From: Pavona decussata
Taxonomy: Eukaryota
Length of the DNA: 64,000 nucleotides
Direction: 5' to 3'
Assembly: GCA_977016875.1 (NCBI GenBank)
Contig: CDRNST010000013.1
Location: forward strand, 558,001-622,000
The position numbers were made by a program, and so were the translations under genes. This document shows positions 52,501 through 64,000 of the stretch, piece after piece. The notes beneath the pieces are model-generated. The model made no database searches. It saw only the letters and a program-made list of their open reading frames with translations, and had not been told where the DNA came from. Position 1 is the first letter of the stretch. Every line of letters begins with the position of its first letter.

Positions 52501-52808
52501 TTCGCCAATGCCAACTTCCACATGCCAATTCCCTTCGTTCTACCACAAGATTTGCAGTTAAATACTGCGCAGTTCTCTCCTGGCATCACTTTATCTTTAA
52601 ACTCTTCTCATTAGATTTGGAAATATACACAGAAAGTGCAGAAAACTTCTCAAATACAACGCGACTCGTAGCAAAGTTACTTACAAGTCGCCATCTTGTT
52701 GATTTGTGTGTGCAGGGTCAAGATCACGTGACCAAGCAAAAACCGTAACAAAGAGATGTTCCTTTGAAGTCCGCCAGCTTTCATAACCAGTCTCCTCTAC
52801 TAACTATG
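49553..52808 (-). mobile_element. P-element-superfamily (THAP9-like) transposon: THAP domain plus transposase pseudogene, 3'-truncated
   Basis: ATG 52586 [19 protein letters not shown] (THAP, spliced to ..ALPTL). Core [78 protein letters not shown]. Putative terminus CATAGTTAGTAGAGGAG at 52808. Confidence 0.9.
49917..50028. repeat. Short palindromic non-autonomous repeat in a P-element intron
   Basis: caattattg..tgatatgaagaattatcaga / tctgcataattcttcatatca..aataattg. Confidence 0.6.
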
Positions 52809-52859
52809 CCCTCACACACCCTGCCACTTATGAGATCCTGCTTTGCAACACCTGCAAGT

Positions 52860-52956
52860 TAGCCTGCGTCGCAGACAGTCTATGCAATCCCTGGTATAGT
52901 CCGATATCAAGTTCTCTATAGGCCTTGAGTGACAAGTCGGGCTGCAACGCAGGCTA
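52860..52956. mobile_element. 97-bp MITE with TAGCCTGCGT termini and 8-9-bp TSD
   Basis: tagcctgcgtcgcag / ctgcaacgcaggcta. Flanks ctgcaagt (52852-52859) and ctgcaagc (52957-52964). Confidence 0.8.
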
Positions 52957-54539
52957 CTGCAAGCTTACTTCCATGTTCTTTCCTTTTATACTATACATGG
53001 GATTTTCTGTCAACTTACGTACTTTTTGTTTCACTATTTTTAAATGATTCCAATGCTATAATTTTTGTTAATAAAATAATTATTATTTTGTTGGATCTTT
53101 TAAGATGACTATCTCTTATCACAAAATAAAATGTCCCAATTATATTAGAATTTAGAAATGTTCCAGTCAAATGAAATTCTCCACTAAACCCCTCCCCCCT
53201 CCCCTAAGCTACCCAGATTTAGGGAGTGCAATTTACCACGTTTACGTCTGGAAGAATTTGACCCAAATCATGCTCAATGGTGATTGCTGTGTATGAAAAA
53301 ACTATCACAAAAGAGAAAGATATATTAGACTATACTTTTACTTACAAAGTAGTTCTTTGATTCAGTACATGCCAAAACAGCAAGTTGTTTTCCAATCGAT
53401 CCTATGTCAATGTCCTACAAACACCGCCTGTCTAGCAGGGACAGTGTTTTACCAGATATTTCATTTTCTAGTATGGAATCATAATAATAAGCTTATATGA
53501 GTGGTGCGTTAAACATTGAAAACATGGTCAAATAATTATAGTATGGGCTTCCTTACTTTTCCTATAAATTATGTGAATCTATTGTATATTAATTTAAAAT
53601 AATACATATATAGGCCACATGCAAATTTTAATATAAGTAAGGACAAAAACTGTGAGAAGTCTTTCCCCGCCGCTCTGCACATCGATTAACCATCTCCCTT
53701 TTTACCGCCAGCTCTGTGAGCAAACTAATAGCTAATTCAGCAGGACTCCATTCCACTGATTGTTCATAAAAAGGGAAAAATAACACTTATCTGGGACGAG
53801 AGCCGACTGGAACACAAACATTTTTAACCAAAGAATAAATTGAAAGTAGCCACTCTGCAACAACATCAAGCTGCTCTGCACAGTTGTGTGGCATGGGAGT
53901 GTACAACTTCAAATTTTACCCACTAGTTTCTTGGCGTCTCATTTTTTTGTTAATGTACTTAACTGCAGGTGTAACTTGTTTAACGAATGTTTATTAAACT
54001 ATGGCTCCACTAATCCTTAAAATAAGCGCTTCCTAAGCTTATTGTTTTCAACAAATGAACAAGAAATGGCGCAGAAAACAAAGCTTATTATTATGGTTTT
54101 GAAGAGACCGTAAAAGCTAAATAAGTACTTGTAATGGCACACTTTCAATAGCTAGCATTTCAAAAATATCTACCTGGGATTTCTGAAGACACTGCAACTA
54201 CCTCCCTATCTTCAACCATGCCAAAACGAAATAAACCCAAATTTCTCAGGAGCTAGCTGTGATCGGACCTTTCCTGACTTCCTTGCAGCAACGACTTTCG
54301 TTTTGGCACATTCAATTTCTCATTCCCAGATCCCTGTGTCTTTATGCTTACCAGACCCTGCGCGTACACTGAAAGAATGAACATGATGGACTCAATATGG
54401 CATTGGTCATAAACTTTGCGGTTCTTTTCTTTCCTGTCTATCTGTGTTTTGATTTGTGTGTTAAACAAACTGGAATGCAAGCAGAGGAAGACTTTTCTCT
54501 TACTTGCTGCCATCGCAGTTAACCGCTAGAGCTAGAGAA

Positions 54540-55927
54540 ATCAGCAAGCAAGGAACACCTCATGTACACTGTCCATGTGATAAATGCAATGGTAGGGCAA
54601 CTTGGGTATGACCGCACGGAGGCACATGAAGTCAGAACGTGAACAATCATCTCAGCTTTCACCTGTTAAAAAAAACGTAAAACGGTGGAGGAACTGGAGT
54701 ACTCACCTTTGGAGTATCCTGTGGAATATGAAGAGCACGGATTTGAACTCCAAAATGTTTTTCGTTTCGCAGACACTTAGAGTGAATTGCCACAAACAAG
54801 TGATCTTTGTGCTGGGGCAGATGGCGCGGGCCATGATCATGATGATGTTTCATCCAACAACTGTAGTAGTTCTGGTGGTTCAGGGTCAGCTGATAATGAT
54901 GACAAGTCAGGACTAAGTGATGATGAAACAAGCTCGGTTAACAATGATGATGAGGAAGAGAGTGTAAAGAAGTTTGTGCCTGTGGAATATGAAGAGCACG
55001 GAGTTGAACTCCAAAATGTTTTTTTGTTTTGCAGACACTTACAGCGAATTGCCACAACCAAGTGATCGTTGTGCTGGGGCAGATGGTGCGGGCCATGATC
55101 ATAATGTTGTTTCATCCAAAGTTCTGGTGGTTCAGGGTCAGCTGATAATGATGACGAGTCAGGACCAAGTGGTGATGAAACAGGCTCGGTTGGCAGTGAT
55201 GATGAGGAAGAGAGTGTAAAGAAGTTTGTGAAGGAGAGTGTTCTTATATCATGATGATGTAGTATTCACCGATGTTACCTAGAAGGCAGCCTCATTTCTA
55301 GAGTCTGTGCCCTTCTTACCCTTGGACCTGGGAAAGGGTTAGATTGAAGGGAGTGCTGTTTATGGATACTACCCAGAAATGTTCCTATGGATATTTTTGC
55401 TCGAATAATTGCTTTAAAATTATTGAGGAGAAATCAAGCAAAAACGAAACATAAACTGTCCCCCACTTTTTTGCAACTGAGTTTATAAAACAAAAAATGT
55501 AGTTAAAGAAAAGATAATATTTACCATATAAATGTAAAGAATCTTCTTTAATTAAATCGAAAATAAATTATTCATGTACAATAAAAATTATAGCAGTGGT
55601 TTTAAAAATGAGTTTGCAAGTTTGCTTTACTGTTTCCTTTTTAATGGATTATCACATGCTAGAAGTGATTTTCCAAAAAAACTATCATCAAAACTAACTT
55701 GGAGTTGTATTGGTAAATAACTGGTTTATCAGTCACTTAACAATCCAAGTCTGGTTTCATGGTATTTTATTGGATGGTCGAATGATTGATATACCAATGA
55801 TATTCCACAAACCGTCCTTCCACTTAAGAAATTTTAACGAATTCCAATATTATTCCAATATTGGATAGTTTATTTTAAATGTTTTCCAATAATAATCCAT
55901 CTTGGAATCTCAGAATGTTTTCCTGTG
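54540..55927 (+). mobile_element. Possible EnSpm/CACTA remnant (N-terminal CPCxxC region, acidic tract, TTTTCCTGTG end)
   Basis: HVHCPCDKCNG at about 54561-54595, an acidic low-complexity tract, and terminus ttttcctgtg at 55927 that matches the CACAGGAAAA start at 61670. Confidence 0.4.
54718..55230 (+). repeat. Tandem duplication, period about 261 bp
   Basis: cctgtggaatatgaagagcacgg at 54718 and 54979; both units end gagtgtaaagaagtttgtg. Confidence 0.92.
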
Positions 55928-57759
55928 TGTACATATAATGCAAATGCACTGGAAATAATGGTAGAGTTACATATAAGACAGTGTTGCGTTCCATAGCCAT
56001 TTACTTGGTAGTTTTTGGAACAACAAAACTAACTTGTAATACTTATTTACAATAAGCATATGAGAGTGGTTTGCACTTAAAGCTCGTAATATTGAGTTTC
56101 TGGGAGTTATGAAATATTCCCAACCTATTAACGCAACAAAAGGATAAACATGTAACAGGTATATTGGCTAAATAGCCTCATAACCAGTGGCTTTTCTAGA
56201 ACCTGGCCAAGTTATTTTGAACTGTTAAAAATTGTTCTTCACATGTAGTTTTCAAAGAACCAAAAACTGCAACAAACACTGAAAATGGAAGGAGCCCATT
56301 GGCTTCTGACAATGCTTATTTCGCCAATGAAATGTAAACTTTAAACGATTTTTCCTCTTCTACTGTAAAACAACCATAACAAATATTGAATAAATCTATT
56401 TTCTATATCAAATAAAGTGTTAACAATTCATGGCAAATTTCAGCCTGGGGGTTAGGGGGTGGAAGAGATTTTGTTGAAGTTACATGTCTGATTAAATTCA
56501 GCCTGGGTGCAATTGAAAATACAGTCAAGATGGCTCCCAGAATGATTTTTTTTAGTGAAATAACAATATGATTTTGTGCTCTCAAACCCATTTTTCAGCA
56601 TGAAGTAAAATGTTACTGCGTTTAAATAATTTTTTCAAAACAATTGCTTAGGCTAAGATTTCCAGCCTAATCAGCAACTTCTTTTTAAGAAGATTTGTTC
56701 AGGAAGCTGGGATAAAGTTGCAGCTCCCCCAACTGGCGTGAACTTTCTCAAGTGTTTACCACATTTATTCTTAATATAACAGTGTATTTGTGGCTAACCA
56801 ATCAACCAAACAATCTTGACTTAAAGGGCTTCACTGTAACTGTACCTTGAAGTAGCAATGAAACACACAGGGCCATTTTGGTTATTTATGACCTGAACCT
56901 AATTAACTGACTTGAACTGAAATAATCGATTTCCAAAGGCTTGACCTTTGGAAAATGCTAACATGAAGACACTTTTTAATGCATCATAGCCTGTGATGTG
57001 ACTCACGAGAAATGTATTTTCCATGTCACAGGCCCCTACTAAGGGAAAGCAAAAAGAGCATGCTTGGTTGTGGATTAGACATTCATGTTCAAACTTTGCT
57101 GTGATTTTGATGTTTTCTTCATTCAATTGCCAGTGTTTCTGGCCCGTAAGCTATCCCAGTATTCTAGCAGACACCGAGTCAGCTTTTTCAAACTTCTCAA
57201 TCAATGGCTCTGCGACTGCTCCTTAAATGTCTGGGTCTGGATCATTCTCATTGTAATTCCATGCAACAACAACAAAAACGTTTATTTAAACACAATAAAA
57301 TATGATTACAGCAACTTGCTGATTGGATCGTGTATTTGAGATAAAACCTATATCCCTAATAATTAAAATTTTATGGAAAAACAAATGTATAATTAAAACT
57401 AATACCAGTTAATAGTCCCCAGCAGATTTCAGATACATCCAAAAAGCCACACTGTTGCTAACCGACCTCGCCAAATTAAGGCAACAGCAATGTCATAACC
57501 AGTAATATTTGCATCATCGAAGGCCACAAGGAAATCCTGAGAATTGTCCATTAATGTCTCGTCAAGAAGAGCCTGCTGGAGAGTATTCATCAATGTGGCA
57601 TCCACATTTTGACCTGCCCTATCACAAATAAAGGCTGGCAGGCATTTGGTTGATTTGTAACAATGTCTGACAGCCCATACAGGGTTAGTCCTTCTTTGAA
57701 TTCATTTAGGTATAGGATATGCTTGTTGACTAAACTGACTGTGACAGATCTAACCATAT

Positions 57760-58395
57760 CATCAGTATGCCTTCAAGTTTTCCTTGCAAAGAGGTCCGAT
57801 GCTGCTTTCTGGAATTGATTAAGGTAACTTGGACACCACAGACACCACCATGGGATAGAATAGCTTTTTTGAGTTCGTCTGCAGTGACTACACCATGGCC
57901 TTCGTTAATGTAGTGAAGGATGTGGGCTTTGATGGTGGCACCTCTTCTGTCACATGGACCCTTACTGCCTTGTGGGTCACTAAAGTCTACTCTCTCAACT
58001 TTAATACCAGTCGCTTGTTCCATAAGTTGACAAGTGGCTAACATGATGACACTGTGGTAACACCCCGCATTGTCCTGTCGGAGAAAGGCAGTTGAAATTT
58101 CGGGATGTTCTCTCGAGCCCCTGTAGTGTGTGTCGGATGATGCTGACCACCACGTCGCTGTCTTGACTGTAATTCTCGACTATGTGTACAAACGCTTGCT
58201 GTTGTAGCTTTTCAGCAAGCTTACGGACAACAACACTAATATGCCAAGAAGTTCCTCTTTTGGCAAGCCAATAAGCTTGAGTTTCCCTGAACTTATGCAG
58301 CAGAAATTTCAACCCCCAGTCTTGTGTGATGAGAACTGAGGTTTTGTCAAGTCTTTCTAGAAGACTCGTTCGCACCTTATCCTGCTGAATTGACC
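57760..58395 (-). pseudogene. DDD/E transposase core fragment, Sola3-like
   Basis: QDWGLKFL..FRETQAYWLAKRGTSWHISVV, RQDNAGCYH, DFSDPQGSKGPCDR..ATIKAH. Family assignment is from recalled motifs. Confidence 0.7.
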
Positions 58396-59321
58396 TTACA
58401 GTATTGTGCAAAAGTAGTGCAAACGAAATTCTACGAATTTGTTCTTTGTTCTCCCGAACTTTTGAGCGAGATTTCGTGCAATTTCGAGCGAAAAACTTCA
58501 CCTTCAAACGACATTTCATGTGACATTTTGTCGAAATATCGCACGATATTTCGGAAGGTCAAACGAAAAATCCCTATTGCGAAAATTTGCGCGGCAACTA
58601 CAGTTAATAAGAACCTGAGTGACAGCGAGGTAGTGATTCACATCGCTTCCGATTACACAGCCGAAAGGTTTAATAGTCCAGATGCCTGAACGAAACTTGT
58701 CATAATCTGTCTTGTACACATTTGCTAACAAATGAATAACAAACTTAATAAATCAACAACGGAAAGATCATCTACCTACTTGGAGACAAACAGACATGTA
58801 AGTGAGAAATGTTTGTCATGGAAAGAACGTACATATATAACAGTAAGCTTATGTGAAAGTCACGCAAAATGTAAACAAAACACTTCAGTCGACCGTGATA
58901 TAAAGTTGCAATATTCTTTGACCGTTACCTCTCAAATACTTGTGTGATGCTAACGAAATGAAAATATAACCTCTGATTGAGATTTCCATGTTTAGGTTCT
59001 TAAAGTATAAGAAATATAATGATTAGGATTAAGTGGAATGTGCTGCAAAAGGAAAACAAAACGAATATTGCTTGTTTCACCAGCGAGTCGACAAAACGAT
59101 TCAGTCGAAGGAATGTGGTTAATTTTAAATGTTAATTCCATGACCACACTTCTCTTACATTGTGTAATGCTAATGAAATGAAAGGAGTTCCCTGAGAAGG
59201 TTGCAATGGCTGAGATTGTGAACATCAAATGTCCAAACTTTTTGGAAACAACTTATTTGCATAAAGCTATTAAAGCATCACGCTCGGTCTCGCGGGTTCA
59301 TATTACTTGTACGCTAAACCT

Positions 59322-59460
59322 CAATGAATATGTGAGTGATCATCGCGGTTACGACCGCTACTTAAGCAGTTATTAAAATAAACCTTGAGAAAAACAAACA
59401 AAAAAACAATTCAGGGTTGATCAGGATTCGAACCCACTACCTCTGTGATATCGGTGAAGT
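59322..59460. repeat. tRNA-related interspersed repeat fragment
   Basis: ggattcgaaccc (B-box on the minus strand) inside gatcatcgcggttacgaccgctacttaagcag...attcagg..acctctgtgatatcggtg. No cloverleaf. Confidence 0.55.
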
Positions 59461-59599
59461 GGAAACGAAGCCGTGCTATGCTCGGTGGCACGTGCCAAAT
59501 AAACAATCACTCTATAAACTAAATGCTTGTAAAGAAATAATAAACGGTGCATCTTAAGCACTTTTGTAACGAAATCCATTGTTTAAAACGGCAGCAAAG

Positions 59600-61150
59600 C
59601 TTCAAAACTCAGTAGAAGGGTAGTTCCAGTCAAAAGCGCTTTCGATCTGCGTGCCAGCCGTACTTGTGGACACTTTGATGACGTCTTTACAAAACATCTC
59701 ATCACTTAGTATCACAGGGCACCTAAGATTAGGACGACCTTGTAACTTAATTATTGCTTTCCGTCTCACCCTCAAAGTTTTCACGTCTTTCTTAGCTTTA
59801 CGGTGACACAACACATTTTTATTGTTGCAATTTACCGCCCGCTTTTTCCCAACAAAATGGAAGCAGACTCCATTTAAGATAAACTACAATTTTATTTCTA
59901 AATCAAGTTTAATCGTACTGCCAATAAATACAAGAAATCAAATTTACACTTGACCTTATCAAAGTTGTCGTACTAACAAGAAAATATACAGCAATTTCTT
60001 AAAAAAAACTAAGGAAAATTTATACAGTATATGCACATTAAATGCTAGTTTCGGCTAATTGGCTTTTTTCACAAGTTCTGACAACTATTAAAACGTGAAA
60101 TTCTATGACATTTTAATCTTGGCGGGTTTGTTTGTCTTTGACGCGTAAATTCTGGCATCTTTTTCCGATGCTGACCTTGCACTGTTCCCACATTCGGGCC
60201 GTCTCCTCGCTGTTACGACACTGGTAGGGGAAGGCTCCCATCACTTCAGCTGCAAAGAAAAAGCGTGGGTAAGTATAATAGCTTGTATATATGTATTTTA
60301 TTTTTTTTGCATGTTACAGACAAAGCATTCTACTATGGAGCCGACTTGACAAAACAAAACAAATAAAACTGTTGCGCTAAAGTCCCTTAGTGTATCGTCG
60401 TAGCCGGTTCCAGGCTGTCAGATGGCAGGATAAAAATAAAGCGAACACGTGCAGATGCCTTGCATCAACCTTTCCAATATGCTATGGCAGTGGTTCAACT
60501 GCAAGTTGAAGATTATCAAACTGTTCAAGGAAGGCTACTTGACTTATAACTACATTACCTTTTATTGCAGCAATCTTGCTTGGGTCAAGAGCGGCAAAAT
60601 ATTTTGTCCCATTGACTGTGGAATGTATCAGCGTCGGTGTCCGTAAACATCTTGTCTACCAGTCTAAGAGCCATTGCTGTAGACTTGGTGGCCCCCTTGG
60701 CATAGGCGTAGTCGCTACTTGATAGCCGGATGGTGTTCGATCCACCAACTGGGACTGAATCGCTGGTTCCTGATAGATGGATTTAGATAAAGATATAGAT
60801 ATAAATATTGTATGTTGACACAAGCCTTTCCCAGGGGCACAGCCGCAATTGAAACTGTCTATTCCGACATCGTTTTGATTAGAAAAGACAACAGTGATAA
60901 AGTGTGGTTCCTCGTTTTTCTTCATACTTCTAAAACAACGGCTACGCATGGCACAACCAACTGTCCTTGAGGGGTTTCTCACTGCGTGTGACATGTAAAA
61001 GAAAAAACGCTGCCGTAAACACGGCTACCAATTATAGATGGAACTATACGAAGCCTGACTCCACGAAAAATGACAGAAAAACCACCTAAGCTTAACCTTA
61101 CTACAATCGAAACACAAACACAACTGCTTATCGAACACATTTTTATTGAG
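59600..61150 (-). pseudogene. Degraded ISL2EU/Harbinger-like remnants: SWIM zinc-finger ORF and possible THAP fragment
   Basis: CFRSMKKNEEPH..NCGCAPGKGLCQH (SWIM CxC..CxH) at about 60810-60950. THAP-like remnant at 59620-59800. Plus-strand IFIEKP motif near 61140. Confidence 0.5.
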
Positions 61151-61669
61151 AAACCACGAACCTTGTACATCATGAATAAAACCTTCATGATAAAACTTTT
61201 ACCCTCTTGACAATGTGGCCTTTATAGGCAGGTTCTCCTGTGCAAATTTTTCTATAAACGAGCCAGTGATAACTGGTATTTGGTCGAGGTTTTTGTGCCA
61301 AAACTCAGACACAACAGAAACGGTCACCATTGCGACCGCCGTCACTACAATCCCGACAAGTACCACCAGACACTTATCGCCTCGATTTCATGTTGGAAAT
61401 TCCCAATATGGCCACGTGTGACATCGGCGAATGGTACTCTTCTTTCCTTTTTATTCATGAACAGATATGGGTGTCATTTATGAGGAGAGAATGAGTTCAT
61501 AAACTATATGTAGTTTGTATATTATTTCTTCCATGTGCATCACTGATGAACATGATAAGCAAAATAACCCAGGTTGTCAGAAACATTTCTTCATTGCAAG
61601 GCCATATGTTTGCCAAACATGTGGGCTGGGTTGTTCGAAAACCGTTTAATGCTTATCCACGATTAAAAG

Positions 61670-63320
61670 CACAGGAAAAAATCCCCACTTCCCAAATTTG
61701 GAAAAAAAAAATTTTCTTGGAAAAAAGCTTAATTTCCAAAAAATTCCCAAACTTGGTAAAATCGAGCATTCCCAATTTCATTTATTCTTGGGAATAAGAC
61801 AGACTTTGGTAAGTTTTCTTTTATTAAGAAAATACCAATGCTTTTCTTGGTAGAATTCAATGTTGGTATGTTCGTGGTAGAGATTAACATACCAATGTCT
61901 GTATTGAATGTTGGTATTCTTACCAAGTTTTGGAAACTTGTTGGTAATAAAGCCATTTACCAAGAATAAATCCCCAATTTCCAAGCTTAGTAAACATTTG
62001 GGTTTTTTTGGGTTTTTCTTGGTAAATGGCTTTATTCCGAACAAATTCCCAAACTTGGTAAAATCAAGCATTCCCAATTACATTAATTCTTGGAAATTGT
62101 ATCCTACCAAGGTTTTCCCCAAATAAGACAGACATTGGTAAGTTGTCTTTTACCAAGAAAATACCAACGTTGTTATTTTAATTTAATTTACCAATGTCTG
62201 TACTAATGTTGATATTGTTACCAAGTTTGGAATTTCGTTTTGAAATTCATTTACCAAGAAAAATCCCCAATTCCCAATCTTGGTAAAGATTTGTTATTTT
62301 GTGTTAAATCACAACAATATCCCAAAATTGGTAAAATGGACTATTTTCAATTTCATTTTAATCTTGGATTAAGCTCCCAAAGACAAGTCACCAAGAAGAT
62401 ACCAACACCTTGGGAATACTTTACTTGAGCAGTACTTTTTAACAGCTGGGCAACACATGTGGCTATTTTTATTCAATCTTACAGTGTACAGGTATAACAA
62501 GAAAGAAAGAATCAAGCATGAGTTCTTAATTAATAGAACGAAAAAAGACTAATAAACAGTGAAACTGGAGGAGGAGTTTAATTTCCTGTTTCTCAGTCTG
62601 TAGTCTCAAAATGGCCAATGCAACATCAATAAATTGTTAAATTAAACTTTCTATTAATGTCATTTTTAGGTAACAAACATCTGGAAATGCAAAGCCTGAG
62701 ATATTGTCTTTTACTAAGAAAATGCCGTTATTATTTTCTTGGTAGAATTTCTTACCAAGTTTGGAATTTCGTTGGGAATAAAGCTATTTACCAAGAAAAG
62801 TCCCCAATTACCAAACTTGGTAAACATTTGTTATTTTGAGTTAAATTACAACAATATCCCAAAATTGGTAAAACTGACCATTTTCAATTTTATTTTAGTC
62901 TTGGATTAAGCTCCGAAAGACAAGTCATGTTATACTAAGAAGGTAGCAACACCTTGGGAATCCATTATCATACCAATCTTAGTTTGTGATTTTTACTTGA
63001 GCAATACTTTTTAACAGCTAGGCAACACATGTGGCTATTGTTATTCAGTCTTACAGTGTACAGGTATAACAAGAAAGAAAGAATCAAGCATGAGTTCTTA
63101 ATTAATAGAACGAAAAACGATTAATAAACAGTGAAACTGGAGGAGGAGTTTAATTTCCTGTTTCTCAGTCTGTAGTCTCAAAATGCCCAATGCAACATCA
63201 GTAAATTGTTAAATTAACGTTCGGTTAATGTCATTTCAAAATTACTGTACCAGTATCATCACACTGAATTTTGAAGTTAGATAACAAATATCTGGAAATG
63301 CAAAGCCTGAGATATACTGA
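61670..63320. mobile_element. CACAG-start non-autonomous element with multiple subterminal repeats and tandem duplications
   Basis: Starts cacaggaaaaa. Repeated ccaaa(c/a)ttggtaaa and ttaccaag motifs in both orientations. Duplicated blocks at about 61735-61930 vs 62040-62230 and about 62130-62665 vs 62700-63235. Confidence 0.65.
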
Positions 63321-64000
63321 CATTTTGTCTGACAGTGGTACCAAGTAGGGCCTATTTGTTAACTAAGCAACTGAAAAACCACAAAGCAGTTCTCGTCATA
63401 ACTCAATACTTGCAAAATTAACTCTATATGACTTACTCTGGGAAATCTGTTGTTGTGGTTAAAATTAACTATTGTAAACAACTAAGAGGCAACAAAGTAG
63501 CCAGTACTCTGAACTAGAATACCTGCCCTTAACTTATTTAAAGTTTAAGGCAATACTGTCTCTTTGTAGGCAATAAAAGTCTGCATCTGGTTGCAAAACT
63601 ACTGTTTTGTTTAAGTGGGAGTTGTTTATCCACAGCCATAATCAAATCATTCTTGTCCTTGGATTTGAAATGCTTATTTTTCAAGTCACGGCACAAGGGA
63701 AGAAGGTGCTTTTCCTTTTTTGAATCTTTGGTGTATCCTTTCTTGAACTACACCAACAGAATGGTCTCAGCTGTACTAAGAGGAACATTTGATGCACTTC
63801 CTGCATGTCAAAGGAACATAAATTTTGTTAACATGAAGTTTGCATGGATATGAGTAATTTAATTCACCCATCCCAAGGTAATTAGTAACACACGCATGAG
63901 AAACAAAACACACCCATGTTATAGTATTTTCCAGGGCTGTCTGAAGAAGCTGGCAACCAGTTTCTATAGCCAGCTACTATATAGTAAAATCAGCTGGCTA

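Noticed and set aside
20621-55927. ttctgagattccaa (about 20625) and ttggaatctcagaa (about 55902) as TIRs of one 35-kb EnSpm element
   Set aside because: Only a 14-bp match. The left site lacks the terminal CACAGGAAAA and no TSD is evident, so chance cannot be excluded.
58399-59270. Tc1-like element starting cagtattgtgcaaaagt
   Set aside because: Only one convincing terminus and no transposase motifs, so it cannot be delimited.
61700-63300. CRISPR-like array of recurring ccaaacttggtaaa motifs
   Set aside because: Irregular spacing, both orientations, non-unique spacers, eukaryotic context and no cas genes.

Overview
AT-rich eukaryotic DNA that consists almost entirely of transposable elements. 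I found no intact host gene, RNA gene or CRISPR array. The repeat repertoire resembles a cnidarian, probably a stony coral; this is inference from recalled element families, not a database result. Elements identified from protein motifs, terminal repeats and target-site duplications (TSDs): an AcademH-type DNA transposon (RecQ-like helicase plus convergent transposase) interrupted by a solo LTR and MITEs; a DIRS/Ngaro-type retroelement fragment; a spliced PIF/Harbinger transposase; a Penelope element; an XPG-type Academ; an EnSpm/CACTA-like transposase with a divergent SAM-domain partner gene; four L1/Tx1 LINE insertions; a piggyBac; a tRNA-derived SINE; L2/CR1 fragments; a THAP/P-element with a convergent extra ORF; a Sola3-like fragment; and many palindromic MITEs. 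The best-supported structure is a four-level nest with every junction recoverable (EnSpm > L1 > piggyBac > L1). The best candidates for something undescribed are a possible split P-element system, the SAM-domain partner of the EnSpm element, and a minus-strand bias that could indicate a piRNA-cluster-like locus. All three are hypotheses.
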